This document shows, one piece after another, positions 41,765 to 56,419 of a DNA stretch of 64,000 nt (its first letter is position 1; each line of letters begins with the position of its first letter). The translations under genes were made by a program, and so were the position numbers. Source of the stretch: Eledone cirrhosa (taxonomy: Eukaryota); assembly GCA_964016885.1 (NCBI GenBank), contig OZ024759.1:18290001-18354000 (forward strand), given 5' to 3'. A model generated the notes under the pieces. The model was not told the origin of the DNA, searched no databases, and worked only from the letters and a program-made list of their open reading frames with translations.

Positions 41765-42210
41765 TCAAAGATCTTCGATACTTACATCCGACCTGTTATG
41801 TTATATGGTCTTGACTGTGTTAATTGGATGACAAGGTCACTTCAGAAACTCTCTACATTCCAGAACCTCATCATGAGACTTATTACTGGCAAGCAGCTCA
41901 GCGACCATATCTGTATCAGTAGGCTGCTCAACAGAACCAAACTTAGACCAATTACATCAATTGTCAAGTCAAGAGTACTCAAACTATACGGTCATATAAA
42001 AATATCAACTGGTGGTGTGAGTAGGTTATACCTGGAAGGAAGGTTGGCTGGTAAGAGAAGCAGAGGCTGGCAGCTAAAACAATGGCTTGATAATGTCAAC
42101 CTATAGACTGGACTTGATCTTTGTTCTTTAAACTCTGCTGCTGGTGATCAAAATTTGTGGAGAAAAATATCTCATTTTGGTGCGCAGTCTACAACTGGTG
42201 GAGTTTAGTG
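41765..42210 (+). mobile_element. Old RTE-clade LINE 3' fragment
   Basis: MLYGLDC...LKLYGHI...LEGRLAGKRSRG...WLDNV motifs. Confidence 0.8.
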
Positions 42211-44340
42211 TCAATGTAGTATATAGTTTAAAATATCATGTCAGAGCTTTTATTTCTATTTCAGTTTCTTATATATGATTAACCCATGCTAGTGTGGACG
42301 ATGGACGTTAAACGAAGATGATGATGATGATGATTAAATGTTTGAGTAACTTTAGCGAAGTAACTATTTACAAGAACAGATGTAAATTTAGATCCTAGCA
42401 GCTTATGATAGGAAAGCAAACTGCTTTATTGTCACACTGTTTATGTGTGTACATTTTAAAACAATGCAGATGGAGATATATATAAATATATAAATACACT
42501 TGGAGTATTATTATTAGAGTTGATTTTGCATTTTTCACAAAGTTTTAAATGTTCTTAGTCAAAATAGAATGAGTACAAGCTGGTAAGTTTCTCCAACTGC
42601 TTTTCTCTCACACAGAATACAGGAACAGTTTTGCCACTAATGCTTGTAGCTTCATCAATCATGAATAGAAGACGTTTTAGATTGTTTGGAAATTATCCTT
42701 TTTCAGTACTGTCTTTTGCTGCATTTGGTTCCCTATGTGGTGTATAATATCTACACATGACTTACGAGAATCTAGAACATACTCTAATTGAAGGTTATTT
42801 CTTCTTTGCAGTTTAATGTCATAAAATAGATTGGTATATGGCATAACTTTATGTACAATATTACATAGAGTTCTAAAACCTCCATCTGATTTTACTTTAT
42901 CATTTTATCATGACATATATATATATATATACACTGTAGTTTCAATGACTAATTTTATGAACTGTTACATTGATTTTTTTTTTTTTAGTTATATATAAAG
43001 AGTTCCAGTGGCTTTGTGGTTAAATCTTTTAACCGTTACCATTTTGATACCAACCTGTCTGAAATTGCTCCTGATAAAAAAAAACTGCCTATTCTAAAAT
43101 ATACATACTTATATTAAAACTTTCCAGCATAATTTTATTTAAGAATGCCAAGCTATGTGTATCCTAGATTTTAGAATCTGTCCCACTGTAAAGTGGTCGT
43201 GTAGGTGCCACGGTAAAAAAGCACCCAGTACTCACTGTAAATGAGGTTGGTGTTAGGAAGGGCATCCAGCTGTAGAAATGAAGCCAAAATCAGTTCGGTA
43301 TGAGCAAGACATGGTCACCTGACCTGGCATTGCCCATGACAGGACAACCTGTCTAACCCATGCTAGCGTGGAAGAATGGACGTAAAACGGTGATGATGAT
43401 GATGTATCACTGCATGTCAAAAGAGGCGATTATAAGGGTTGGTGTCAAGAAGACATCTAGCTGTAAAACGTTGTCTCAAAATATCTCATTCAACCTATGT
43501 CAGCTTGGCAAAGTGAATGTAGAAATGATGATGGTGATGATAAAGTTTTTGTTATGTAATGTTTGAAACATCAGCTTACTAACAAAACAAAAAGCTAGTT
43601 ATTAAATAAAATTCCTCCAAATATATATTTTTTATGGAAATACAGTAACAAAAGGGTTAAGTTCAATAACTATTTCATTTTGTCACCGCACACTTCAAAG
43701 CCTAGTCTTATGTGTCATTGTACCCGTCATGAGAAAATAAATTCTTTATGTTCATTCAATTCCTAGGTGGCTTTATGTACATCCACTGTAACTTAGCTTT
43801 CTATATAACACAATTAGTCATGGGTAATATTTATTTGGATTTAAGATAACTAATTAGCATTACTGTTGGGGTTCAGTGAGTTCAAGTCCTATTGAGGCCA
43901 ACTTTGTATTTCATCATTTATGGGATTAGATGTATGACTTAGTGATTAGAGGGTTGGATTCACAATTATGAGGTGATGTGACCTTGAGCAAGACACTTTA
44001 TTTCACGTTATTTCATTTCACACAGCTGAACAGATGAGTTGTAACATCACCTCCCTCCCTCTCCACATCTATGAACCTGCCCTCTGTGGCAATAAATAAT
44101 TCCAACCTTGACTATCAACGCATCGCTTAAGGTGGTCGCTTTAAGAGTAACCAGTATGATAAAACCCCTACCACAACATTTTGATTAAGATATCTACAAA
44201 CCACTCTCTCCGATTTCTCCAACCCCTGCATATCTCTCTCTCTCTCTCTCCCTCTCCCCTTCTTTTCTCTCTTCCTTTTCTACTCTATCTTCCCCAATAA
44301 CCTCACTTAAGGGTATTTACATTGTACATTTTAACCATTC

Positions 44341-44452
44341 TGCTCTGATGATACAGTGGTCACAGCATTTGATAATTGAGTTTTGCAAATAGTTATAAAT
44401 ATGCACATAGCATAACTAGGCTGTATAACCACCGCAGAAACATTTGTAAGCA
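44341..44452 (+). ncRNA. Type I hammerhead motif with long stem II
   Basis: TGCT-CTGATGA-tacaGTGGT..ACAGC ... GCTGT..ACCACcgca-GAAAC-ATTT-GTA^-AGCA; core intact, base of stem II has mismatches. Confidence 0.65.
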
Positions 44453-44545
44453 CACAGAATAAATTACCTTTTTAATGATTTCTACCTGTTAATATTCATT
44501 CTTTATATATATAATGGTTATGATGTCTTCCTGTTATTATTCATT

Positions 44546-44606
<61 letters not shown>

Positions 44607-44704
44607 TTCCTATATTTATTTGCGTGTGTGAATATGTAGAGGAGTGCATTTATGTATGTGTATGCATGTACGTGTGTATATATGTTTGATTGTGTGAATG
44701 TATG

Positions 44705-44760
<56 letters not shown>

Positions 44761-45387
44761 GGTATGGCTATGTGTACGTATGTGTATGCGTGTACGCACG
44801 CGCATATATATATATATGTATGTATATATATGCGTGTATATATGTGTGTGTGTGTATATGTGTGTGTATATATATGCATGTGTGTGTGTGTGTATGTATG
44901 AATGTTTGTATATGTTTGTTCTTAGAGGAACAAAGGCAGACAGATTTCTGTATTCAGATTGGAGCCAATCCTTATCATTAGGTTTCTCTTTAGCTTACAG
45001 GTGTCTGTAAGATCAGTATGGGGTCAGTCATGGTAGATAGATTGGGAGGAAGGGGAGATTCCTTAAAAGCTAAATTCTTAAAGGTTCTAGTAAATTGACG
45101 AAGGTTTAGGGAATTCTGTAGACATTTTCTAAGTATAATCTAATTCACGAGACACTTGCACGCACACACATGTGTATGGGGGAAATATATTTATATTTGT
45201 ATACGTGTGTGTGCGTGCACGCATACACATGCGTGTGTGTGTGTGTGTGTGTTTATGTATGTGTTTGTATACATATACAGATTCTCATCTATATTAAAAC
45301 TTTCATGCTCTGCGGTGTACTGAGTGCCTTGCTTACTGTGGCTGCCTCCGATTCAACCCGGAATAACGTGTGTGTGTATGCGTGTGT

Positions 45388-45425
<38 letters not shown>

Positions 45426-45729
45426 TTTTATGTTTTTTCGTGTATGTGTGGTTGTATGTGTAGTCTTATTTTATTTTTCCTTTCCTTCTTCCTTCTCCAG
45501 CCTCACTTTCATATAGCTTGCTTTTTTTGTTTTTTTAAGATCCAAATTCAATAAACAAACCAGGATTTTTTCATTCTGAGGATTGAAAGCAAAACCTTTT
45601 GCTTTTAAGAAACCACTGGTAAATGGAATAATTGCCTTATGTTGTTTATTACATAATAATATATATATATATATATATAATTGTTATTAAATTATATAAA
45701 TCATAACTGTTAGGATTATAGTTATACAT

Positions 45730-46680
45730 ACACACATTCCTACACTCTCCCACACACACATTCCCACACTCTCCCATACCCCCCCCCCCCCCACACACAC
45801 ACATTCCCACACTCTCCCACACACATTCCCACACTCTCACACACACACACACATTCCCACACTCTCCCACACACAGACACCCACCCACACACACACATTC
45901 CCACACTCTCCCACACACATTCCCACACACAGACACCCACCCCCACACACACACATTCCCACACTCTCTTACAGACACCCACCCACACACACACATATTC
46001 CCACACTCTCCCACACACAGACACCCACTCACACTCACACACATTCCCACCTCTCTCATACATAGACCCCCCCCCACACACACACATACACACATATTCC
46101 CACACTCTCCCACACACACATTCCCACACTCTCTCACACACAGACACCCACACGCACACAGACACCCACACGCACACACACACAGACACCCACACGCACA
46201 CACACACATTCCCACACTCTCTCACACACCCACACACACATTCCCACACTCTCACACACAGACACCCACCCACACACATTCCCACACTCTCCCACACACA
46301 CATTCCCACACTCTCTCACACACAGACACCCACCCACACATGCCCCTTCCCACACTCTCTCACACACAGACACCCACCCCCACACACATATTCCCAGACC
46401 CTCCCACACACACATTCCCACACTCTCTCACACACAGACCCCCCCACACACACATATTCCCACACTCTCCCACACACACATTCCCACACTCTCTCACACA
46501 CAGACACCCACCCCCACACACACACATTCCCACACTCTCCCACACACACACATTCCCACACTCTCTCACACACAGACACCCACCCACACACACATATTCC
46601 CACACTCTCCCACACACACATTTCCACACTCTCACACACAGACAGACACCCACACATACATGTCCCATCCCACACACACG
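45730..46680. repeat. CA-rich minisatellite (cattcccacactctc / cagacacccac)
   Basis: Direct inspection. Confidence 0.9.
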
Positions 46681-46763
46681 TGTGTATGTGTGTGTCTTTT
46701 TTACTCTGGTAGAAAACGTGCAGCAAATTGTATCATTTTAACATCAAAAGGTAACTAACTTTA

Positions 46764-47280
46764 GTGGTGGTGGTGATTATGATTGTGGTGGTGGTGGTGG
46801 TGGTGATAGTGATTATGATTGTGGTGGTGGTGGTGATGGTGGTGGTGGTGGTGGTGATAGTGATTGTGGTGGTGGTGGTGGTGGTGGTGGTGATAGTGAT
46901 TGTGGTGGTGGTGGTGGTGATAGTGATTATGATTGTGGTGGTGGTGGTGATAGTGATTGTGGTGGTGGTGGTGGTGGTGATTATGATTGTGGTGGTGGTG
47001 GTGGTGGTGATAGTGATTATGATTGTGGTGGTGGTGGTGGTGGTGATAGTGATTGTGGTGGTGGTGGTGGTGGTGGTGATAGTGATTGTGGTGGTGATAG
47101 TACTTGTGGTGGTGGTGGTGGTGGTGGTGATAGTGATTGTGGTGGTGGTGGTGGTGGTGGTGATAGTGATTGTGGTGGTGGTGGTGGTGATAGTGATTGT
47201 GGTGGTGGTGGTGGTGGTGATAGTGATTGTGGTGGTGATAGTACTTGTGGTAGTAGTATTAGTTGTTGTGGTTGTAGTAC
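46764..47280. repeat. (GGT)n-gatagtgatt minisatellite
   Basis: Direct inspection. Confidence 0.9.
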
Positions 47281-47539
47281 TGGGTTGTTTTTTCTTTGTA
47301 TATTTCTATTTACTAATTTTGCCTTCTAGCAAAAATACACACACATTTATACACACATCTAGCAAAAATATACACACATCTAGCAAAAATACACACACAT
47401 ATATACACACATCTAGCAAAAATACACACACATATATACACATATCAGAAATGGGGAAATTTCAGATATTTTATTTCATGTGAAACCCCCTCAAAGAACA
47501 CCCTCCCCAAAAATGGTGATTATGTATAAGACTATGCAA

Positions 47540-49152
<1,613 letters not shown>

Positions 49153-49369
49153 CCTTTCCTAAATGTATGTTTATGTTTCTTTGTATATTTCGTTGTTTTT
49201 TTTTTATTATTTTTAAAATCATTTTAACTAACAAAAACACACAACAACAACAACAACAAAAACACAACAACAACAAACAATGAGAGAAATAAAGTTAAAA
49301 TGAAAGTTTCTCATAAAATATTGACATGATATTGTAGGAATCTCTTTGGTAAATGTGGGTGTTGTTATG

Positions 49370-50005
49370 ACATCTGTAGGGGGAGAAATAGAGGCAGGGA
49401 GGAGAGGGGGAGGTAGGAGTAGTGATGATGAAGTATGGTAGGAGGAAGGGAGAAATGAGAAAATGCAGAGGGAGAGAGAAAAAAAGAAAGTAGAAAAAAG
49501 AAGAAAGAGAAGAAGGTAGAAGAAAGAAAACGAAAGACGAAGAAGAAGGCAAAAGAAAAAAAAGAAACGGAGAAGGCAGTAGTAGAAGGAGGCAAAAGAA
49601 AAAGAGAGGAGATGTGGCAGTAGAAGAAGGCAAAAGAAAAAAAGAGGAGGAGAAGGCAGTATAAGAAAAAGCAAAAGAAAAAGAGAAGGAGATGGCAAAA
49701 GAAAAAAAAGAGGAGAAGGCAGTAGAAGAAGAAGGCAAAAGAAAAAGAGAAGGAGAAGGCAGTAGAAGGCAAAAGAGAAGGAGAAGGCAAAAGAGAAGGA
49801 GATGGCAGTAGAAGAAGGCAAAAGAAAAAAAGAGGAGAAGGTAGTAGAAGAAGGCAAAAGAAAGAAGAGAAGTTGGTAGAAGAAAAAGAAGACAAAGGAA
49901 AGAAGAAAAGGCAAAAGAAGATAGAGAAGGAGGAGGAGGAGGTAGAATGCAAAAGAAAAATGGTAGAAGAAAGAGAAGAGGAACGAGAGAAGAAGAAGAA
50001 AACTA
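49370..50005. repeat. Polypurine (GAA/AG) degenerate repeat
   Basis: Recurrent gaaggcaaaagaaaa / gaaggcagtagaa. Confidence 0.85.
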
Positions 50006-50179
50006 GTTTATTCATAAATAGAATATTTAAATAATAAGCTATAAATATCAACTATTGTGAGATACAATACAGAGTTTTTTACTTTCTTCTCTTTGATTTC
50101 ATATTTTTGGAGGGGGAGAGGGAGGATGTTGGTAGTGGGGTAGCCACCAGAACTCCATTTAACAATTAGTAGGGGGGCT

Positions 50180-53100
50180 GATAATGTTGGTGGTGGTGGT
50201 AGTAGGGGTGGTGATAATGTTGGTGGTGGAGGTAGTGTTGGTAGCGGTGATAATGTTGGTGGTGGTTGTAGTGTTGGTAGCGGTGATAATGTTGGTGGTG
50301 TTTGTAGTGTTGGTAGCGGTGATAATGTTGGTGGTGTTTGTAGTGTTGGTAGCGGTGATAATGTTGGTGGTGTTTGTAGTGTTGGTAGCGGTGATAATGT
50401 TGGTGGTTGTGGTAGTAGGGGTGGTGATAATGTTGGTGGTTGTGGTAGTAGGGGTGGTGATAATGTTGGTGGTTGTGGTAGTAGGGGTGGTGATAATGTT
50501 GGTGGTGGTGGTAGTAGGGGTGGTGATAATGTTGGTGGTTGTGGTAGTAGGGGTGGTGATAATGTTGGTGGTGATTGTAGTGTTGGTAGCGGTGATAATG
50601 TTGGTGGTGGTTGTAGTGTTGGTAGTGGTGATAATGTTGGTGGTGGTTGTAGTGTTGGTAGCGGTGATAATGTTGGTGGTGGTTGTAGTGTTGGTAGCGG
50701 TGATAATGTTGGTGGTGGTGGTGATTGTAGTGTTGGTAGCGGTGATAATGTTGGTGGTGGTTGTAGTGTTGGTAGCGGTGATAATGTTGGTGGTTGTGGT
50801 AGTAGGGGTGGTGATAATGTTGGTGGTGGTTGTAGTGTTGGTAGCGGTGATAATGTTGGTTGTGGTTGTAGTGTTGGTAGCGGTGATAATGTTGGTGGTT
50901 GTGGTAGTAGGGGTGGTGATAATGTTGGTGGTGATTGTAGTGTTGGTAGCGGTGATAATGTTGGTGGTGGTTGTAGTGTTGGTAGCGGTGATAATGTTGG
51001 TTGTGGTTGTAGTGTTGGTAGCGGTGATAATGTTGGTGGTGGTTGTAGTGTTGGTAGCGGTGATAATGTTGGTGGTGGTTGTAGTGTTGGTAGCGGTGAT
51101 AATGTTGGTGGTGGTTGTAGTGTTGGTAGTGGTGATAATGGTGGTGGTTGTGGTAGTAGGGGTGGTGATAATGTTGGTGGTGGTTGTAGTGTTGGTAGCG
51201 GTGATAATGTTGGTGGTGGTTGTAGTGTTGGTAGCGGTGATAATGTTGGTGGTGGTGGTAGTAGGGGTGGTGATAATGTTGGTGGTGGAGGTAGTGTTGG
51301 TAGCGGTGATAATGTTGGTGGTGGTTGTAGTGTTGGTAGCGGTGATAATGTTGGTTGTGGTTGTAGTGTTGGTAGCGGTGATAATGTTGGTGGTGTTTGT
51401 AGTGTTGGTAGTGGTGATAATGTTGGTGGTTGTGGTAGTAGGGGTGGTGATAATGTTGGTGGTTGTGGTAGTAGGGGTGGTGATAATGTTGGTGGTTGTG
51501 GTAGTAGGGGTGGTGATAATGTTGGTGGTGGTGGTAGTAGGGGTGGTGATAATGTTGGTGGTTGTGGTAGTAGGGGTGGTGATAATGTTGGTGGTGATTG
51601 TAGTGTTGGTAGCGGTGATAATGTTGGTGGTGGTTGTAGTGTTGGTAGTGGTGATAATGTTGGTGGTGGTTGTAGTGTTGGTAGCGGTGATAATGTTGGT
51701 GGTGGTTGTAGTGTTGGTAGCGGTGATAATGTTGGTGGTGGTGGTGATTGTAGTGTTGGTAGCGGTGATAATGTTGGTGGTGGTTGTAGTGTTGGTAGCG
51801 GTGATAATGTTGGTGGTTGTGGTAGTAGGGGTGGTGATAATGTTGGTGGTGGTTGTAGTGTTGGTAGCGGTGATAATGTTGGTTGTGGTTGTAGTGTTGG
51901 TAGCGGTGATAATGTTGGTGGTTGTGGTAGTAGGGGTGGTGATAATGTTGGTGGTGGTGGTGATAATGTTGGTGGTGGTTGTAGTGTTGGTAGCGGTGAT
52001 AATGTTGGTGGTTGTGGTAGTAGGGGTGGTGATAATGTTGGTGGTGATTGTAGTGTTGGTAGCGGTGATAATGTTGGTGGTGGTTGTAGTGTTGGTAGCG
52101 GTGATAATGTTGGTTGTGGTTGTAGTGTTGGTAGCGGTGATAATGTTGGTGGTGGTTGTAGTGTTGGTAGCGGTGATAATGTTGGTGGTGGTTGTAGTGT
52201 TGGTAGCGGTGATAATGTTGGTGGTGGTTGTAGTGTTGGTAGTGGTGATAATGGTGGTGGTTGTGGTAGTAGGGGTGGTGATAATGTTGGTGGTGGTTGT
52301 AGTGTTGGTAGCGGTGATAATGTTGGTGGTGGTTGTAGTGTTGGTAGCGGTGATAATGTTGGTGGTTGTGGTAGTAGGGGTGGTGATAATGTTGGTGGTG
52401 GTTGTAGTGTTGGTAGCGGTGATAATGTTGGTGGTGGTTGTAGTGTTGGTAGCGGTGATAATGTTGGTGGTGGTTGTAGTAGGGGTGGTGATAATGTTGG
52501 TGGTGGTTGTAGTGTTGGTAGCGGTGATAATGTTGGTGGTGATTGTAGTGTTGGTAGCGGTGATAATGTTGGTGGTTGTGGTAGTAGGGGTGGTGATAAT
52601 GTTGGTGGTTGTGGTAGTAGGGGTGGTGATAATGTTGGTGGTTGTGGTAGTAGGGGTGGTGATAATGTTGGTGGTGGTGGTAGTAGGGGTGGTGATAATG
52701 TTGGTGGTTGTGGTAGTAGGGGTGGTGATAATGTTGGTGGTGATTGTAGTGTTGGTAGCGGTGATAATGTTGGTGGTGGTTGTAGTGTTGGTAGTGGTGA
52801 TAATGTTGGTGGTGGTTGTAGTGTTGGTAGCGGTGATAATGTTGGTGGTGGTTGTAGTGTTGGTAGCGGTGATAATGTTGGTGGTGGTTGTAGTGTTGGT
52901 AGTGGTGATAATGTTGGTGGTGGTTGTAGTGTTGGTAGTGGTGATAATGTTGGTGGTGGTGGTGATAATGTTGGTGGTGGAGGTAGTGTTGATAATGTTG
53001 GTGGTGGTGGAGGTAGTGTTGATAATGTTGGTGGTGGTAATAGTGGTGATAATGTTGGTGGTGGTTGTTGTGATAATGTTGGTGGTGGTGGAGGTAGTGT

Positions 53101-53575
53101 TGATAATGTTGGTGGTGGTAATAGTGGTGATAATGTTGGTGGTGGTTGTAGTTTTGGTATTGTTGGTGGTGGTGGTGGTGGTGGTGGTGGTGGTGGTGGT
53201 GGTGATAATGTTGGTGGTGGTGTAGTGGCGATAATGTTGGTGGTGGTGTATTGGTGATAATGTTGGTTGTGGTAGTGGTGGTGGTAGCGGTGTTGGTGGC
53301 AGTGTTGATAATGTTGGTGGTGGTGATAGTGGTGATAATGTTGGTGGTGGTAGTGGTGATAATGTTGGTGGGGTTGTGGTGATAGTGTTGGTGGTGGTGG
53401 TGGAGGTTGTGGTGATAATGTTGGTGGTGGTGGTGGCGATAATGTTGGTGGTGGTGGTAATAGTGGTGATAATGTTGGTGGTGGTTGTTGTGATAATGTT
53501 GGTAGTGGTGGTGGCGGTGATAGTGGTGATAATGTTGGTGGCAGTGGTTGTGGTGATAATGTTGGTGGCGGTAGT
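50180..53575. repeat. 24-bp G/T-rich satellite (~3.4 kb) with two main unit types
   Basis: gataatgttggtggtggttgtagtgttggtagcggt-type and gataatgttggtggttgtggtagtaggggtggt-type units. Confidence 0.9.
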
Positions 53576-53760
53576 GGCAGTATCAGTAGAGGGTCGGACG
53601 CCATGCTTTGACACACAGAGTTGTGGCCCTTGCTATTCTGAGTTCAAATCCTGCCGAAGTTAACTTTGCCTTTCATCCTTACGGTGTCAATAAAATAAAG
53701 TACCAGTAACACACTGGGGTAATAGCTGGCCTTGTGCCAAAAGTAGAAACAATTATATTA
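53575..53760 (+). mobile_element. Nin-type tRNA SINE
   Basis: TGGCAGTATCAG...GAGTTCAAATCC...gcctttcatccttacgg. Confidence 0.85.
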
Positions 53761-55910
53761 TTACATCAGATCACTTGCCTTAATATCATTAGCTATGTCA
53801 CTTGTTTTGGTGTTTTATTGAGATGGGGTAGGGGACTGGTTGTTATGGTAGTTATTATTAAAGCCACACATCGTTTAATGTTGTTGCTGATAGTGGTGGT
53901 GGTGGTGGTGGTGTTGTTGTTGTTCGAGATGGTGGTGGGGCTGGTTGTTGTGGTAGTTATTGTTAAAGCCACATACATCTTTTAATGTTGTTGTTGTTGG
54001 TGATAGTGGTGGTGGTGGTGGTGGTGATGGTGTGGCAATGTTTTTGTTGTTGGTATTGGTGTTAGTGGTTGTTGTTGTTGTTGTTGTTGGTAGTGATGTT
54101 AGGGGTGGGTGTGTTGATTTTGTAGGCGGTGGTGGTGGTGACAGTGTTCAGGGTTGTTATTGTTGGCGGTGGTGGTGGTGGTGGTGGTGTTGTTCGAGAT
54201 GGTGGTGGGGCTGGTTGTTGTGGTAGTTATTGTTAAAGCCACATACATCTTTTAATGTTGTTGTTGGTGATGGTGGTGGTGGTGGTGGTGGTGGGGCTGG
54301 TTGTTGTGGTTATTATTATTAAAGCCACATACATCTTTTAATGTTGTTGTTGGTGGTGATAGTGGTGGTGGTGGTGGTGGTGGTGGTGGTGGTGGTGTTC
54401 GAGATGGTGGTGGGGCTGGTTGTTGTGGTAGTTATTGTTAAAGCCACATACATCTTTTAATGTTGTTGTTGTTGGTGATAGTGGTGGTGGTGGTGGTGGT
54501 GATGGTGTGGCAATGTTTTTGTTGTTGGTGTTGGTGTTAGTGGTTGTTGTTGTTGTTGGTAGTGATGTTGGGGGTGGGTGTGTTGATTTTGTTGGCGGTG
54601 GTGGTGGTGACAGTGTTCTGGGTTGTTGTTGGTGGTGGTGGTGTTGGCAATGTTTTTGTTGTTGGTTGTGGTATAAATGGTGGTTGTTGTTTTTTGGTGT
54701 TGTTGGTGGTTGGGGTGGCAGTGTTTTTGGTGTTGGTGTCAGTGTTAGTGTTTTAATTGTTGTTGTTGGTCATTGTGTTAGTGGTGGTTGTTGTTGGTGG
54801 TGGTAGTGGCGTTGTTTTGGGCAGTTGCTGGTGATATCTTTTATGTTGATGTTGATGTTGATAGTGTTTTTACTGGTGTTGAGGGTGATCAACATGTTAA
54901 TGATAATGATGCTACTGGTGGTGGTGGTGGTGGTGATGTTGTTGTTGTTGTTGTTGTTCTATGTTATTAGATAATGAAAGAACAAGCATAGTAAAACAAA
55001 AAACAAAATAATAAAGACATTTCTAATGAGATAATGCAGTGAACAAAATTAGAACTTAATTTTTATTACATTAGCAGCCGCTATAATGTATATGTGTATA
55101 TACTTGTATATATATATCTATACATTTGTAAATATATATATATATTATATATACATACATCCTTATACATATATGTGTGTATATATATAATGCATACATA
55201 TGCATTCATATCTCTACACGTATATATGCATACATATATAATGCATACATATGCATTCATATCTCTACACATATATATGCATACATATCTATACACATAT
55301 ATATATTATATTATACAATATTTTATATATATATATATATTATCACTAACACATATATACACATATATATGTATATCTATATGCATATATATATAATTAC
55401 TTTTACTATATAATTTATCTTCTACATAATTTACACATTCCCTCCTCTTGTTCCATATTATTATTATTTTCATCTCCAAGAACAAAAGGGAAAATACGAA
55501 TAATAAATTTATCTTTGAAATAATTAAAAAATATGTATATTTAATGATTTTTTAAATTCAATGAGCAAAAATTAAATTAATATTTATTTTAAATATTAGC
55601 AATAATAATAAAATACATTTATTTTTCCAAAAGAGAAAAAAAAAAAAAAATGTTTATATATATATAAGCTTTGTATCTTATATATATGTATTCATACACT
55701 ATGATTATGTAGCTTCAAATTTCATGGAAATTTGATGGGTGACGTATTGATGTAATGGTAGTACAATGGTCAAGGTAACCAGAGATGTGGTGTCGTGTTA
55801 TTTTTCCATTTCTGTGGGTTTTTATGACTCCAAATTATTAGGCTAATTTACTTAGTCAAAAATACAACAGTGGCACTATTTGCACACTCTAGTTATAAAT
55901 TTTATATAAT

Positions 55911-56358
55911 AGGAATAGTAAGAACTCATTCATTACGCATAAACCTGATTTGGAAAAAGTGATGAGGTATTGGTAATTAATTATCTTCCCTTTGCCTCTC
56001 TTTTTCCCCAGTGTATTACTGGTAGGCTACTTTCCTCAATTGTGGAAAGAAGGTCCTCTGAGGAATAGTAAGAACTCATTCATTACGCATAAACCTGATT
56101 TGGAAAAAGTGATGAGGTATTGGTAATTAATTATCTTCCCTTTGCCTCTCTTTTTCCCCAGTGTATTACTGGTAGGCTACTTTCCTCAATTGTGGAAAGA
56201 AGGTCCTCTGAGGAATAGTAAGAACTCATTCATTACGCACAAACCTGATTAGGAAAAAGTGATGAGTATTAGTAATTAACTATCTTCCCTTTGCCTCTCT
56301 TCTCCCCAGTGTATTACTGGTAGGCTACTTTCCTCAATTGTGGAAAGAAGGTCCTCTG
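55911..56358. repeat. 150-bp tandem repeat, 3 copies
   Basis: aggaatagtaagaactc at 55911, 56061 and 56211. Confidence 0.95.
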
Positions 56359-56419
56359 AAGAGAAAATTTGATGCAGGCAGATTTAGAAATTAAGGATGG
56401 AATATAGTGTAGAAGTACA

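Noticed and set aside
50008-53616. 1000-1200 aa ORFs resembling mucin/extensin or hydrophobic proteins
   Set aside because: Open in several frames on both strands because the satellite lacks stops; starts inside a SINE; no signal peptide or splice context
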